Assembly: GCF_006345805.1 (NCBI RefSeq)
Contig: NC_043003.1
Coordinates: 102,362,001 to 102,426,000, forward strand
Reading direction: 5' to 3'
Source of the DNA: Octopus sinensis
Lineage: Eukaryota
DNA: 64,000 nucleotides
The notes under the pieces are model-generated. The model saw nothing but the letters and a program-made list of their open reading frames with translations. It did no database searches and was not told where the DNA came from. Below, one piece after another: positions 22,968-36,800 of this stretch. Each line of letters starts with the position of its first letter. Within the stretch, counting starts at the first letter, position 1. Position numbers and translations under genes: made by a program.

Positions 22968-23470
22968 TCATCATCATCATCATCATCATCATCATCGTCA
23001 TTTAACATCCACTTTCCATGCTGGCATGGGTTGGACGGTTTGACTGGGGTCTGGGAAGCCAGGAGGCTGCACCAGGCTCCAATCTGATCTGGCAGAGTTT
23101 CTCCAGTTGGATGCCCTTCCTAATGCCAACCACTCCGAGAGTGTAGTGGGTGCTTTTTACATGTCACCAACATGAGGGCCAGTCAAGTAGTACTGACATC
23201 GAACATGCTTGAATGGTGAGCCAGTCAGGTGGCACTGGCAATGATCATGCTTCAATGGTGCTTTTTACATGCCAGTGTTACAGGACCAGTCGAGCGGCAC
23301 TGGCATGAACCAAGCTCGAATGGTGCTTTTTACATGCCAATCACGTGATACTGTCATCGGCCATGACAATGACTTCACTTAACTCAACAGGTCTTTTAGC
23401 GCATTTTATTGCCCAATGATTGAAGGGTACTCTTAGACAGGCTGGTTATGCTACACTGGCATAGGCCAAA
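22968..23470 (-). mobile_element. SINE-like family B copy
   Basis: (CAT)n tail, ggatgcccttcc block and tandem units on the reverse strand. Confidence 0.75.
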
Positions 23471-24057
23471 CTTAGAAGCACCAAGTGTGTTGGTATTCCA
23501 CAGAAAATAAAGGAATTCAGGATGGCTTTACGCACTGAAGAAAGTGGCCAGCAAGCCTCTACAGAGAATCAAACCCTATACCTCTCAAAATTCCTGCTGA
23601 ACACTGTACCATTAAGCGAAGAAAGCCCTGACATATATGTTTGTGTATGTATTTGTGTATATGTATGTATGTATGCATGCATGTGTGTGTATATTAAAAT
23701 TCTTCAAGACAGTGCCTTGAAAAAGTTAAAGATATATATATTACTAACGAATCCCAAGAAGAGTGAAATGCACCTAACATTCCTATGAGTCACTGCTACA
23801 ATGGTGTTCATTCTGTTTCAATATATATTGTTTTTAACACAACCTGTTTATAAAAGGCTTTCTCCCAGACAAAAACCACAGAATCATGCCTCTCAACAGT
23901 GTATATATGTTAAGTATGATATGCAGATGTCTGTTGTAATCTAATGCTGTTTCACTTGCATTCTCTGAAATTTTTGCAGCCCAGCAAGCACTCACAATAA
24001 ATATTAGTGGATGCACTATACACTGTTTCCTTTATATATAGGCACAAATGTATATGC

Positions 24058-24090
<33 letters not shown>

Positions 24091-25090
24091 TTTGTGTGTG
24101 CCTGTATGTGTGTGTGTATGTGTGTGTGTGACTGTGTTAGTGTCTCCATTTCTTGATATCACACAATAGTTGTAAATGAGTGCCACCATCATACAAGCAG
24201 TGTCCCTTGCTTCCAATGTTCCATGAGGGCACCTCCAACCATGGGGGAAATATTAAATTGTTTGCAAACAGGTAAGGGTGGGCATTGGGAAGGACATTCA
24301 GCTATAGAATATCTGTCTCAATGTATTCTTTCTGAGCCATGCAAGCATGGAAAAGCAGATGTTAAAATGATGATGATGATAATGAAACATTGATTTGAAA
24401 TAAGACAAAAGGCAACCCTTCCAGTTGTTACTGGTCATAATCACAAATAATGTTTCCCACGTGTGACCGTTTCCACTTTGAGGAAACTCATTCTGTAGAC
24501 AACAAGAAATGGATGCCCAATACATACATTCTGGATGGGGGGGGGGGGAAAGATGAAAAATTGAGGAAACAAATGACCTTGTTTAATAAAATTACGACAG
24601 TTAAAGCTTTCTAAACTGGTCACGACAAAGAAGAATTATAAGAATGCAAAATCTATTTAGCATTCTCATTAATAGAATTATGAGAGGTTAGAGAGAGCAA
24701 AACATTTCAGTAGTTTTTTGTTTTTTTTGTGGCGGTGAAGGCCGCCCCACCCTGATATTTGTCAGTTTAGGAAGCATAGTTCTAAGACATAGATGTCACA
24801 AGTTATTGCAGTTTCAGATTTTGTATGCTGGTCGTTAATGTGAAGTAGATATCATTTTTACCTTTGAACTTAATGTCAGTCTCTTTAGAAATATTTTGAA
24901 AGAAGACAATCTCTAAGATTTATGGAAAAATCAACGATAAGTCAGAGGCTAGAATCTAGTTAGGATTCTATCAGAGAAAAATCTACAACAGTAAAATGGT
25001 TTGCAAAGCTTTGTGTTTGTAAAGTTTCTTTGTTTTGCATTCATACATAAATACATACATGCACATATGAGTGTGCGCACACACACACAC

Positions 25091-25143
<53 letters not shown>

Positions 25144-25162
25144 CACACACACACACACAGAC

Positions 25163-25204
<42 letters not shown>

Positions 25205-25379
25205 ACACACACACAGACAAACACACACACACAGACACACACATACGCACATGCCTGCACACCATGGACAGACAAACTCACAAACAAAACCCACACAAGC
25301 ACATGCATATACAGACACACATACACCCACAATTCTGCAATCATATACAAGCATAAAACCAGTCAATTTACATGTATTC

Positions 25380-28300
25380 ATATAGAACTACATACATACA
25401 TACGGAAACGGAAAATAACCACCCGGATGAAAATACCTATGCAGAAAGGAACCAGTGGACAACCGTCCAACGGAGGAAGAAAAAACAGAGAGGAACTGGG
25501 GACAAGAAAACCCAGATAACATGCAAATTCTTCCGGAATGGAACCTGCTGGCATGGAGAGAAACAGGGGAAGGATGCAGGTTCGCTCATCCCAGGCCCTA
25601 TGGAAATTGCATCAAACCCACTCGACCAAAATGCCTTAACCAAAACCAAGACCGAAACCAAAACCAGAACAAATTCAAGCTGCCCCAGAAATATGCAGAC
25701 ATAGTGCAGAATGCCCCAACAAGGAGAAGGCGCACATTTGCAGAGGAAATGCAGACGGCGGCAGCAGAACAAAGAAATTTTGTGGAAATAGCAGAGAAAA
25801 TTTGTGGGAAAACTGGCCTGGATACATCGTCTTCAGAGCCAGGGGCACTCACAACAGCACTCAAGACCACCACAATCAAGGGACCCAGGGTGGCCACCGC
25901 TGACACCAGCCCAGATACCACACCGACAGCCTTTATTGACACCCCAAATATCTCACCAGTGCTTCTGCTGAATGTCAGAGGTCTGGTGAAACCCACTAAT
26001 ATGAGTAAAATTCCTTACCTTAGGGACTTAAGCACAAGCAACCATGCAATATGCATAGCGCTGACTGAAACGCACCTGTCAAGCAGTATAGCAGATGCAG
26101 AAATACACGTACCAAAGTATACTGTTTTTCGGTCAGACAGGAAGGAAAGAACTCATGGTGGGGTTGCCCTGTACGTCCGTGAAGATGTCACACCATAGTA
26201 CTGTTGACCACTCAAACTCAGTCTGTGACACACTGATAGTACACATGAAACAACCGAAAATAGTAATATGTGTCACATATCGGCCACCAGACACCCCTAG
26301 TCATGAAGGAATGTTTGAAGATAGCCTCAGAAGAATAGAAGAAGTCCTGGACAAACTGGACCAGGGTAACACCATTCTACTGCTGGGAGATTTTAACCTT
26401 CCGAAAGTCAAATGGCCAGATGGCCATCTCCTCCCTGGAATGACATCACTTGAACAGAGACAGACAGAGTCCTTGTTGGCTCTCACACGCAAGTTTTTCA
26501 TGGAACAAGCAGTGCTTCGGCCAACAAGAGGTGAGAATGTCTTGGACCTCTGTTTCACAAGCAACCCGATGCTCATCCACAACATAATGGTAACACCTAC
26601 AATTCTCTCAGATCACAACTTAGTAGAGGTAATGATATATGGTATGAGAGAGTTAGTTGAGACGCAGCCATTAGAAAATACCACAGGCCTATCCAGTCTA
26701 AACTTCCATAAGGCAAACTGGAAGAAGATCAACGAAGAGATCCGAAAACATGACTGGAGTGACTTCATCACCACACAAGACACCAACACACATTTCCAAC
26801 ATTTCATGACAACAATACAGAACATATGCCATAAGTTTGTCCCGGAGAAAAAAGCCAGCGGGCATAGGAACGTTATTCCCAGAGACAGGAAAATACTTAT
26901 GAGGCGAAGAGCTAAGCTCTCGAAGCAACTGAATGCACGGCAGAGAAACAATGAGGGACTCCACCTGAAACTTTTTGAAACGGAAACTGCACTCAACTTT
27001 CCTATGAGAAGGAGAGGGCAGAGAGAGAAGCCAGGGCCATAGAGAATATTAAAACAAACCCTAAAGCTTTCTTTAAATTTGCGAAAGAAACCACCTCGGT
27101 ACACTGCAAGATTGGCCCACTCTTTGATAAAAAGGGCTCTCTAACTGAGGACCCCAAGGGATAAGTGAAATACTAAAGGAACAGTATAAAAGTGTGTTCA
27201 CATCTCCCTCTGGGGCACATGCAAATCACAAACCCAGAAGTTTTCTTGATGCCACAACACTCCAAAACCAAACAACAACCATCGACCACATAGACATACA
27301 GAGAGGGATGTAATATCTGCCATAGAAGAAATGAGAATAAACTCAGCTGCTGGACCAGATGGATTCCCAGCAGTCCTCCTAAAAACATGCAGGCATGCCC
27401 TAGCGGGACCACTGAAGAAGCTCTTCAGTGGTTCCTTGGCTAATGGTAAACTGCCCAGGGCGCTAAAAGAAGGCACCATATGCCCTATTCACAAAGGAGG
27501 GAGTAGAGCAGAGGCCAAAAACTACAGGCCAGTCTCCCTGACGTCACACATAAGTAAGGTCATGGAACGAATCATCAGAAAAAAACTGATCACGTTCCTC
27601 GAAGAAACTAACCGTCTCACTGACACACAGCATGGCTTTCGCCCAGGAAGAAGCTGCCTTACGCAGCTGTTACAACACTACGACTGGGTACTGAAACAAC
27701 TACTGGATCGCTCACAGGTGGATGTGGTATATCTCGACTTTGCGAAGGCCTTTGACAAAGTCGACCACGGAGTGATATGTCACAAATTACTCAGACTTGG
27801 CATAACAGGAAAAGTAGGTGAGTGGATACATGACTTCCTGAAGGACAGAAGCCAGATGGTTGCAGCCAATGGAGCCCTCTCGGGAAAGACACCAATAGCA
27901 AGCGGGGTGCCACAGGGCACAGTCTTGGGACCCTTGCTGTTTTTGTGGCGCTCTCTGACATGCCCTTGGTAGCACAAACAACATCCCTCACTAGCTATGC
28001 TGATGACACAAAGGTAGCACAGGCAATCAAAAACCCAGCTGATGCTGACCTTTTACAACAAGATCTGGATGCCATATACAAATGGGCTGAAGACAACAAC
28101 ATGCAATTTAATGCTGGTAAATTTCAAGCCTTACAATATCAAGCTGTAAACACATATACATTACAACACAACTATACTGGTCCAGGAGGGATCGAAATCC
28201 CAGTATCGAAATCAATACGGGACCTGGGGATAGACATGAGTGACGATGCATCTTTTTCTTCACACATCGCGAAGGTGGCGACAATGTGCAGACGACTCAC

Positions 28301-28975
28301 TGGCTGGATCCTGAGGACATTCCGGACAAGAGACTGCGAGACCATGTTGACACTATGGAGGACATTTGTCCTAAGCCGCCTGGACTACTGCTCCCAACTG
28401 TGGTCACCGCATAGTGTCAAACTAACCACAGAGCTTGAGACAATCCAAAGACATTTCACCAAGAGGATTTCCACCATGAAAGAAAAGAACTATTGGGAGA
28501 GGCTTAGGGAACTCAATTTGTACTCCTTGGAACGAAGACGAGAGAGATATGCAGTGATATACATATGGAAAATCCTGGAGGGACTAGCACCAAATTTTGG
28601 AATTGAGAGCTGTTCCAATCCCCGTACAGGACGTCACTGTGTGGTGCCAAAGGTCCCGTCTTCCACATCCAGGGTAAGGAGCAGATACTGTAATAGCCTG
28701 GGGTTCAGGGGCCCTCAGTTGTTCAACAAACTGCCAAGAAAACTAAGAGATCTACATGATGCGGATGTGGACATTTTCAAAAAACATCTAGACAAGCTGC
28801 TTTCCGGGATCCCAGATGAACCCACTGCAAGGTACGAAGGTAACCTAAGGGCAGCAGCTACAAACTCTCTCTTAGATCAGTGGCCAGCCACGGCAAACTG
28901 GACTTAGAGAGGGTAGCAACAAGGGCGGTGCCCCAGCATGGCCTCAGCCGGATGGCTGAAACAAGTAAAAGAGTA
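25380..28975 (+). mobile_element. Near full-length CR1-group LINE (CCCH finger, AP endonuclease, RT) broken by frameshifts
   Basis: CKFFRNGTCWHG...CRFAHP. APE motifs LNVRGL, LTETHL, GGVALYV, YRPP, GDFN, PTRGENVLDL, SDHNL. RT motifs GPDG, YRPVSLTS, QHGFRPGRS, LDFAKAFDKV, GVPQGTVLGP, YADD. C-terminal LDYCSQLWSP...LYSLERRR; stop at 28907. Confidence 0.95.
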
Positions 28976-29117
28976 ATACATACATATATACATACATACA
29001 TACATACATATATTATATTACATTATTATATATAATATATACACAAAAATATATATATATGTATAGAAATCTATTACACATAACCTTTCATGTATATTGC
29101 ACACACATACACAGGCG

Positions 29118-29537
29118 TCAAAATCAAATTTGATGACTGGCATCCGTGCTAGTGGAGTGCTAAGACCACCATCCGAGCGTGATCGTTGCCAGAGCAACAA
29201 ACTGGCTTCCATGCCGGTGGCACGTAAAGAGCACCATTTGAGTGTGATCGTTACCAATGTCGCCTTACTGGCACTTGTGCCGGTGGCACGTGAAAAGACA
29301 TTTGAGTGAGGTCATTGCCAGTGTCGCTGGACTGGCTCCTGTGCAAGTGGCATGTAAAAAAACACCATTTGAGCGTGGCCATTGCCAGTACTGCCTGACT
29401 AGCCTCGTGCCAGTGGCATGTAAAAGTACCCACTACATTCTCGGAGTGGTTGGCATTAGGAAGGGCATCCAGCTGTATAAACTCTGCCAGATCAGATAGG
29501 AGCCTGGTGCAGCCATCAGGTTCACCAGTCCTCAGTC
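29118..29537 (+). mobile_element. SINE-like family B copy, 3'-truncated
   Basis: Start caaaatcaaatttgatgactggcatcc followed by the tandem units. Confidence 0.8.
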
Positions 29538-30073
29538 ATACATACATACATATACACATACATACATACATACATACATACATACATACATACATACATA
29601 CATACATACATACATACATACATGCATATATATATATATGTATATTAGAAAGTTTGGAGATGATGTACAGGTATTTTATATTAGAAGAAATGAGGTACTC
29701 AGAAATTCGGATGGTTTTATATTTACAGATATTTATTTGTATACTACATGTTTTTATACATCATATATCATATATCATATATTAGCGCTTTCGTCCATTC
29801 TAGTGGAGTTTTCAAATTGAACTAAGTTCTTTGGGAAAAATTTGACCATTTTTATAATGTTATTGAGTGTGTAGTGGCAGGGAGGAATATGAGATAGTAC
29901 AAGAGGGTGATGAATGGGAAGAAAGGAGAGAGAGCATGTGTGTGTGTGTGTGTGTGTGTGTATCTGAAAGGAGTGTTAAAGAAAAAGAAGGAAAGGAAGA
30001 AAAGGGAGAGAAAGAAGAAAAAATTGTTTTGTTGGTCTCTTTTGTAGCTGGTCAGGATGTTTACTCCAAGCGG

Positions 30074-30117
<44 letters not shown>

Positions 30118-30721
30118 AAGCTTGTTGTATATATGTATACATATATATCTATGAGTGTGAGTTTATGTCTATGTTTGTTCCCCTTTACCACCACTTGGCA
30201 ACCAGTGCTGGTGTGTTCACATTCCTGTAAGTTAGCAGTTTGACAAAAGAGACTGATAGAATAAGTACCAGATTTTAAAAAAATTAAGTACTGGGGGTTG
30301 ATACATTCAACTAAAAATTCTTCAAGGCAGAAGAAATAAAGATTTACATACATATATGCATATGTACATACATACATACATACATACATACATACATACA
30401 TACATACATACATACATACATACAAAAATATCCTGTTGTTGATATTGAAATTCAAATGAAAGAACCTTAGATCTAGGTTAGAAACTGGATCTTTCTCTAT
30501 TGGTAAGAAATCTTGAAATAAAACTGAATAAGGACATACATACTTGTATAAATCATAGCAAATACGAGGAAAATAAGAGAGAGCGAGAGAGAGAAAGGGA
30601 CTTGCTAGACAAAATGGGGAGAGAGGAAGACAAAAGTATAGCAGGCTGTTAGAAAAATAAATGAGAGGTAGATAGAAAAGCAGAAAAAGAAACACAGATA
30701 GATAGGTGAGTAGATAAACAA

Positions 30722-30810
<89 letters not shown>

Positions 30811-32566
30811 CAGATAGATAGGTAGATAGGTAGATAAATAGACAGACAGACAGAAAGGAAAACAGAAAGGAATAAAATCATTGATGTGTTTACATGTCAT
30901 ATAAACACATGGATGTTTGTGCACAAGCAAATGTCAAAGCGCCAAAGAACTAGTATCAAGTGGCTGTAGAAAAGTTATTCTAGCTAGATGCCAGCTACAT
31001 TGCAAGATGTTTTACATACCCTCTCCACATCCATCTCCATCTTCCACCAAACCCAGTTGACACTCAGTTTCTCATTTCATTACAGTACCATCCCAGCTGA
31101 TACCACTGCTGTTGCATTGGATAAACACCAGTGAAGAGACCAGTCAGTGGTAGTGCGGTGGTGGCTGCAGTGGAATGGTGATGGTGGTGACTGATGTGGT
31201 AATGACGGTAGTACACATGATTTGACTCTTTAAAGCTACTGGTACACTTTAGTGGGTGCAAATTCACTTGACCGTATCACTGGAAGATGCAAAAGTGGAT
31301 AGCAACAGGGTTTTGTATTTAAAGCATCCTAATTGGCAGAAATATTGTTATTTCCAGCTGCAAACACAAAGTCATGTGGCTGCCCACTTCTGTGTTTTCC
31401 AGAAATCGCATCCACTGAAAACTGCTTGCAGATTCAAAGGGATGATCACCATTGTCGTCATCATCACTGTTTAATCCCCGTTTTCCATGCTGGCATTATT
31501 CAATAGGAACTGACAAGCCAGAGGACTGCCCCGAGTTCCAACATTTACTTTGGCATGGTTTCTAGAACTGGATGCCTTTTCTAATTCCAACTACTTTATA
31601 GAGTGTACTGGATGCTTTTTTTTGTGGCAACAATACTATTGACACCAGCAAGAAAGAAACCCACAACTGAATGGGATTGTAATATTGAGTGAGGTGGCTT
31701 TATGCCAGGTGTTGAGAAGTTAAAGTATAATAGAGGGACTTGAACAGGTGTCTTGCTGGAAAGGAAATACATGGCTACCCCAGCTGGAAAGAGAGAAAGA
31801 GATGGTGAGGGTGTACCCTTAAGGTAGAAGGTGAATATAAGAGAGATAATAGGGATAGGCTGTAGAGGTGGTAATTGAAATAGGGATGTTGGGTGTTATA
31901 GTATTGGTCATAGTACTGATGGAAGAGATAGGAGTTGTGATAGAACTATTTTGCTGTATTTAACCACAGAAAGGTGTTCTAGCCATGACCATCTCATTTA
32001 GACATGGCCACATTTTTGAATTCACTATCTCTACCACACACAGACATGCTTAGGAAATCAAAAAACAGCATAGTACCCACGACTTTTGGAAACATTTTTT
32101 CACTCTCATAATTTTCAAAACATGGAATAAATTCCCTGTCTCCATTGTTACCAGTCAGAACAACTGCATCCTTAAAAAATTCCAAGCTTTTTAAATTTGC
32201 CAACACTGCTCTTAATATCCTTCAGCATCCTTGTTTTTTATGACACTCTTACCGTTCACTTTTCTGTCTTTTTGTTTTGTTTTTTTTACTCTGCATCCTG
32301 TGCACATCCTACTTACTTTCATTGCCTCCTTTCTTTACTTGACTTATTTGTCTGCTCCTGTCCCTTTTTTTAATCTTTTCCAACAAGTTGTAGAGCCAGC
32401 TTCATTCCTCTCTAGCCTCTGGACGACCTCTGCTTTCAGAGTCCACATCTCACTACTACCTAGTATTGCTGTTTGTATATCTTCCTTTCACTTGGAGAGA
32501 GCGACCTTTGGTTGCCAACAAACATTCACTGATGACCATCATATGATGTTAAGGCGAGGAGACAGT

Positions 32567-32609
<43 letters not shown>

Positions 32610-33460
32610 TTGCAAACACACAAACGAGACAAGAGAGCTTCTATGTTGATGGTTTGACCTCCTTAGAAATAGCAACCAAATCTCCTTCATTTCACATCCT
32701 ACCATCTTGAATAAATGAAACACACATTGGATACTCCTACTATTTTCTAAAACAATGGGGGTAGCCATGGCTAGAATACCTTTAATCTTTGGCTAAATGC
32801 AACAAAAACATCTTTAAACACACTACAATAACAATTTTTATTTGCTTTTTAGATTTTTGTCTTTTTCATTATATTCTCATGTTATTACTCCCAAAACTTT
32901 AAATATTTAACATTTTGTAGGTTTGGAATATTGGACCTCCTATGTTCATGATGTCCTCACAAATGAATCATTTAAATATAGCTCCATTCCATAAATATTT
33001 TCCTTTTGTGGCTGTGTGGTAAGAAGCTTGCTGCCCAACTATAGGGTTCTGGATTAAGTCCCACTATGTGACACTTTGAGCAGGGATCTTCTAGTATAGC
33101 TTTCAGCCAGCCAGAGCCTTGTGAGTAGATTTAGTAGACAGAAACTGATAGAAGCCTGTCATATGTATATAAATATATATATATATATGCATGCATGCAT
33201 GCATGTGTGTGTGTGTGTGTTTGTCTGTCCACCACCACCACCATCACTTCATAACTGGTGTTGATGTGTTTATGCCCCTGTAACCTACCAGTTTGGCAAA
33301 AGAGACCGATAGAATATGTACCAGGTTTTTAAAAAGATTAAGTACTGGAATTGATTTATTTGACTATAAATTCTTCAAGGCAATGCTCTAGCATGGCTAC
33401 AGTCTAATGACTAAAACAAGTAAAGAATATATAAAATAAGAAAAATTTCATCAGTTTATA

Positions 33461-33858
33461 GGCGCAGGAGTGGCTGTGTGGTAAGTAGCTTGCTTACCAA
33501 CCACATGGTTCCGGGTTCAGTCCCACTGCATGGCATCTTGGGCAAGTGTCTTCTACTATAGCCTCGGGCTGACCAAAGCTTTGTGAGAGGATTTGGTAGA
33601 CGGAAACTGAAAGAAGCCTGTCGTATATATGTATATATATATATATGTGTGTGTGTGTTTGTGTCTGTGTTTGTCCCCCCAGCATCGCTTGATAACTGAT
33701 GCTGGTGTGTTTACATCCCCGTAACTTAGCGGTTCGGCAAAAGAGACCGATAGAATAAGTACTAGGCTTACAAAGAATAAGTCCTGGGGTTGATGTGCTC
33801 AACTAAAGGTGGTGCTCCAGCATGGCCGCAGTCAAATGACTGAAACAAGTAAAAGAGT
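33461..33858 (+). mobile_element. Full-length tRNA-derived SINE family A with internal microsatellite and LINE-like tail (diverged copy at 33008-33425)
   Basis: A box tggctgtgtggt, B box ggttcagtcc, body ttgggcaagtgtctt, tail ccagcatggccgcagtcaaatgactgaaacaagtaaaagag. Confidence 0.9.
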
Positions 33859-36800
33859 TTGTATAAACCTCAAGAAATTTGATAAAAGTTGAATTATAGT
33901 TAGGGTATGTCTGCCATATTTCCTGATATTATCCATGGATGGTAAAAGTACACTTTCAAGGTTTAACATCATAGGATGTATTGCACTCTAGTATAATTAA
34001 TGTTGCTTTATCATTAGGACTCTCATTGTCTTGACTCTTATTACATTTTACATTGGATATACAAGTGCCATCATTATTCTACAAGGCTGATCTTGTATCT
34101 ACAACAAGGGTCAACTGCTAAATATTACAACCCTTGACATAAAACTAGATAAGACAACGTTAGTTGATAATGCTACTTAGCCTAATAAACAAGTGTTTTC
34201 TATGATGGAAGAAGATGAATCCCAAAAGAGGTCAGTTTGGAGGAGGAATGAAATGATTTTACTATCAAATGCAGTTAAAAGATTTGCTTAAAACTTATAT
34301 TTGAACGAGATGCTGATACAAAAACTGCGGCTGTATATTGTAAATCTATCAATTACAGCAGGAAAAATTCTGCTTAGCTCTGAGTGATGGAATACACTAG
34401 TTTTGTAGAGAGAGAGAGAAACATTAAACAATCATTTATGTTGAAGGTTTGCTGGGCTCAGGTGTTTGCCGCAGCACTAAGTGTCAGAAATATCTCACAA
34501 AAATAAGAAAAAACAAAACAAAGCAAAAGCAAAAACAAAACTTATTACAATCAATTTTAGAATGCCAATATGATATAGGACTTGATAGCTAAATAACACC
34601 CTGAATAATATAATAATCCTGAATAATATTGTTCATCTTGAACATAAACAGTCCGCCATTTTGAATTTTGATATTGGCTAATGAACTGTTGTCTGCTTCT
34701 TTTTTCTTCACCATCATCTTTCAGTGTCCACTGTTCAACGCTTGCATGAGTCAGATAAAATATGTTGAGCAGGTTTTCTATGGGTGAATTCCCTTCTTGT
34801 GGCCAACCCTCACCTCTTTCCAAGTAAGGTAACATTTTCCCATTGTCAGACATGTTTTTCATGGAAGACTGGAAACAAATAACTTCATTTGTATAATGGT
34901 GATGCTTGTTAATGTCAAGACAAGGGTACACACACTCATACACACACATACATATCCCATACATACATACATATACCCTGGGCTTCTTTCAGTTTCCATC
35001 TCCCAAATCCATTTACAAGTCTTCGGTTGGCTTGGGCAGCAGAAGGAGACACATGCCCAAGGTGCCATACAGTGGGACTGAACCAGAGATCACATGATTA
35101 GGAAGAAAGCATCTTAGCCATGTGGGACTGAACTAAAGACTAAACAGTTAGGAACTACAGTCACGCCAGTTTTGTAATTTTACACTACAGTAAAATGAAT
35201 ATTATCATTCTAGAATATACAGTCAGGTAAACTTCAAAATGTTGATGATAGCATAGAATCAAGAAGATTGATATTTGAAAACCTTAGTAAATTAGAAAAT
35301 GAGTAAATTACATGTTTGATTACAACTTATGGCCATATACTAAAATAAGCCAGTCTAGTATTGGTAATTATCTCTGTTTTAAGTAGCTTTAAGTAGCTGG
35401 GAGATAAAACTCCTCTTCAATAGGATGTTGGTCCATTAAGGTTGTATCCCTAGTTAGAATAACAATACTCTCTACTGCAAGTCAATGAGGTATACTCATC
35501 AATATCACAGTGTTGCTGGTAAATAAAAAGCAAAATTATTCTATATATGCTTCATATTTAAAAAAAGTGAGCTTCCATGTGGTCACTTGAAATGTTAGAC
35601 ATTGCTGTCAAATATCCTTCCAATCACTCCTACTGATTTTTTATGAGGACAGGGCATAGCAAATAATGTGTTTAGAAGATAGGATGGTTGTGGATGGAAT
35701 GTTGTTTATCATGGGTCTGCTTGTACAAAGTTGATGTGGGGTTAACAACAATTTAGAGCTCTGGAAATTCCAATTTTGAGAGTTGTCTCAGACATAAATA
35801 TAACACCATGTTGGTGACAGAATACAAACCATTAAACTTTTGGCTGGTTGACTGGTACTCTAATTACTTAACATCCATGCTATACATATATATAGAAATT
35901 ATACTCATGCATCAGATAGAAACACTAATATACAAATAAACAAATAGACATGAACCCATTATCACAGATAGATAGAGAGATAGTAACTATCTTTCTCTAT
36001 TATACTTCAGTGGAGCAATATACATATACATATTTACACTTAATATGTATCAGTGTATACATACACAAACGTTTCTATTACATTAAAAAATATGCGATGC
36101 ACACTACAAATACACTCTTGAAGATACAAATGCACAGACAGACACATACACACACGAATTCACACCTGAACATATACACAGATGAATGGTAAGCCTAACA
36201 TGCTACTTGGTTTAACACTGACATCTGGTCGTTGGATACCTTTAACAAGGGGGGATCACATAATCTGGTGGTCTTGGCACTGCAGATGTGGGAATTTATC
36301 TCCCAACTAGCAATATAAACAAGAGTGCATTTTGCAACAAAAGCCAATATGAGAGTTTCTCTCATAGAATCTACTGTAGTAAAGTTTGTTCTGACAGAAC
36401 ATCCATGTTTAAGTGGAGATAGAGATTACCTTTAACAAAGTTCACTCTGTTATTAGCATACATACCAGAACCCTAGTTCTCTGACCTTGTTTTTTAGGTT
36501 TTTTATGAGGACATTGACTCCTGACTACAAGAACAACAAGCAAGGACTTCTTTGCTATTTTTGCCAAGCTATTATGGACTGAAATTTTGTTCACAGGCTG
36601 TATCAGAGTTTAATGTTTTTACAACTTCTTGTATAACCAGTACCGTGGTGTATTTTGTAGGTTTTTCACAGCTGACAATCATCTTAAGATATCATCTTTA
36701 TAAATATCAATTTGTAAAACAGGGTGTGTTGGAAAAACCTTCTGTATTTTGTATGGTCATTGATGAGGTGCAAGTAAAATTAGGCAGATGGTAGCAGTAT

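Noticed and set aside
31020-31280. Minus-strand segment with a good acceptor and gtatgt donor
   Set aside because: Stops in all frames; it may be a 5'UTR exon but cannot be supported from sequence alone.
32525-32560. CTGATGA followed by a catca/tgatg hairpin
   Set aside because: No GAAA or stem III; at best a relic.
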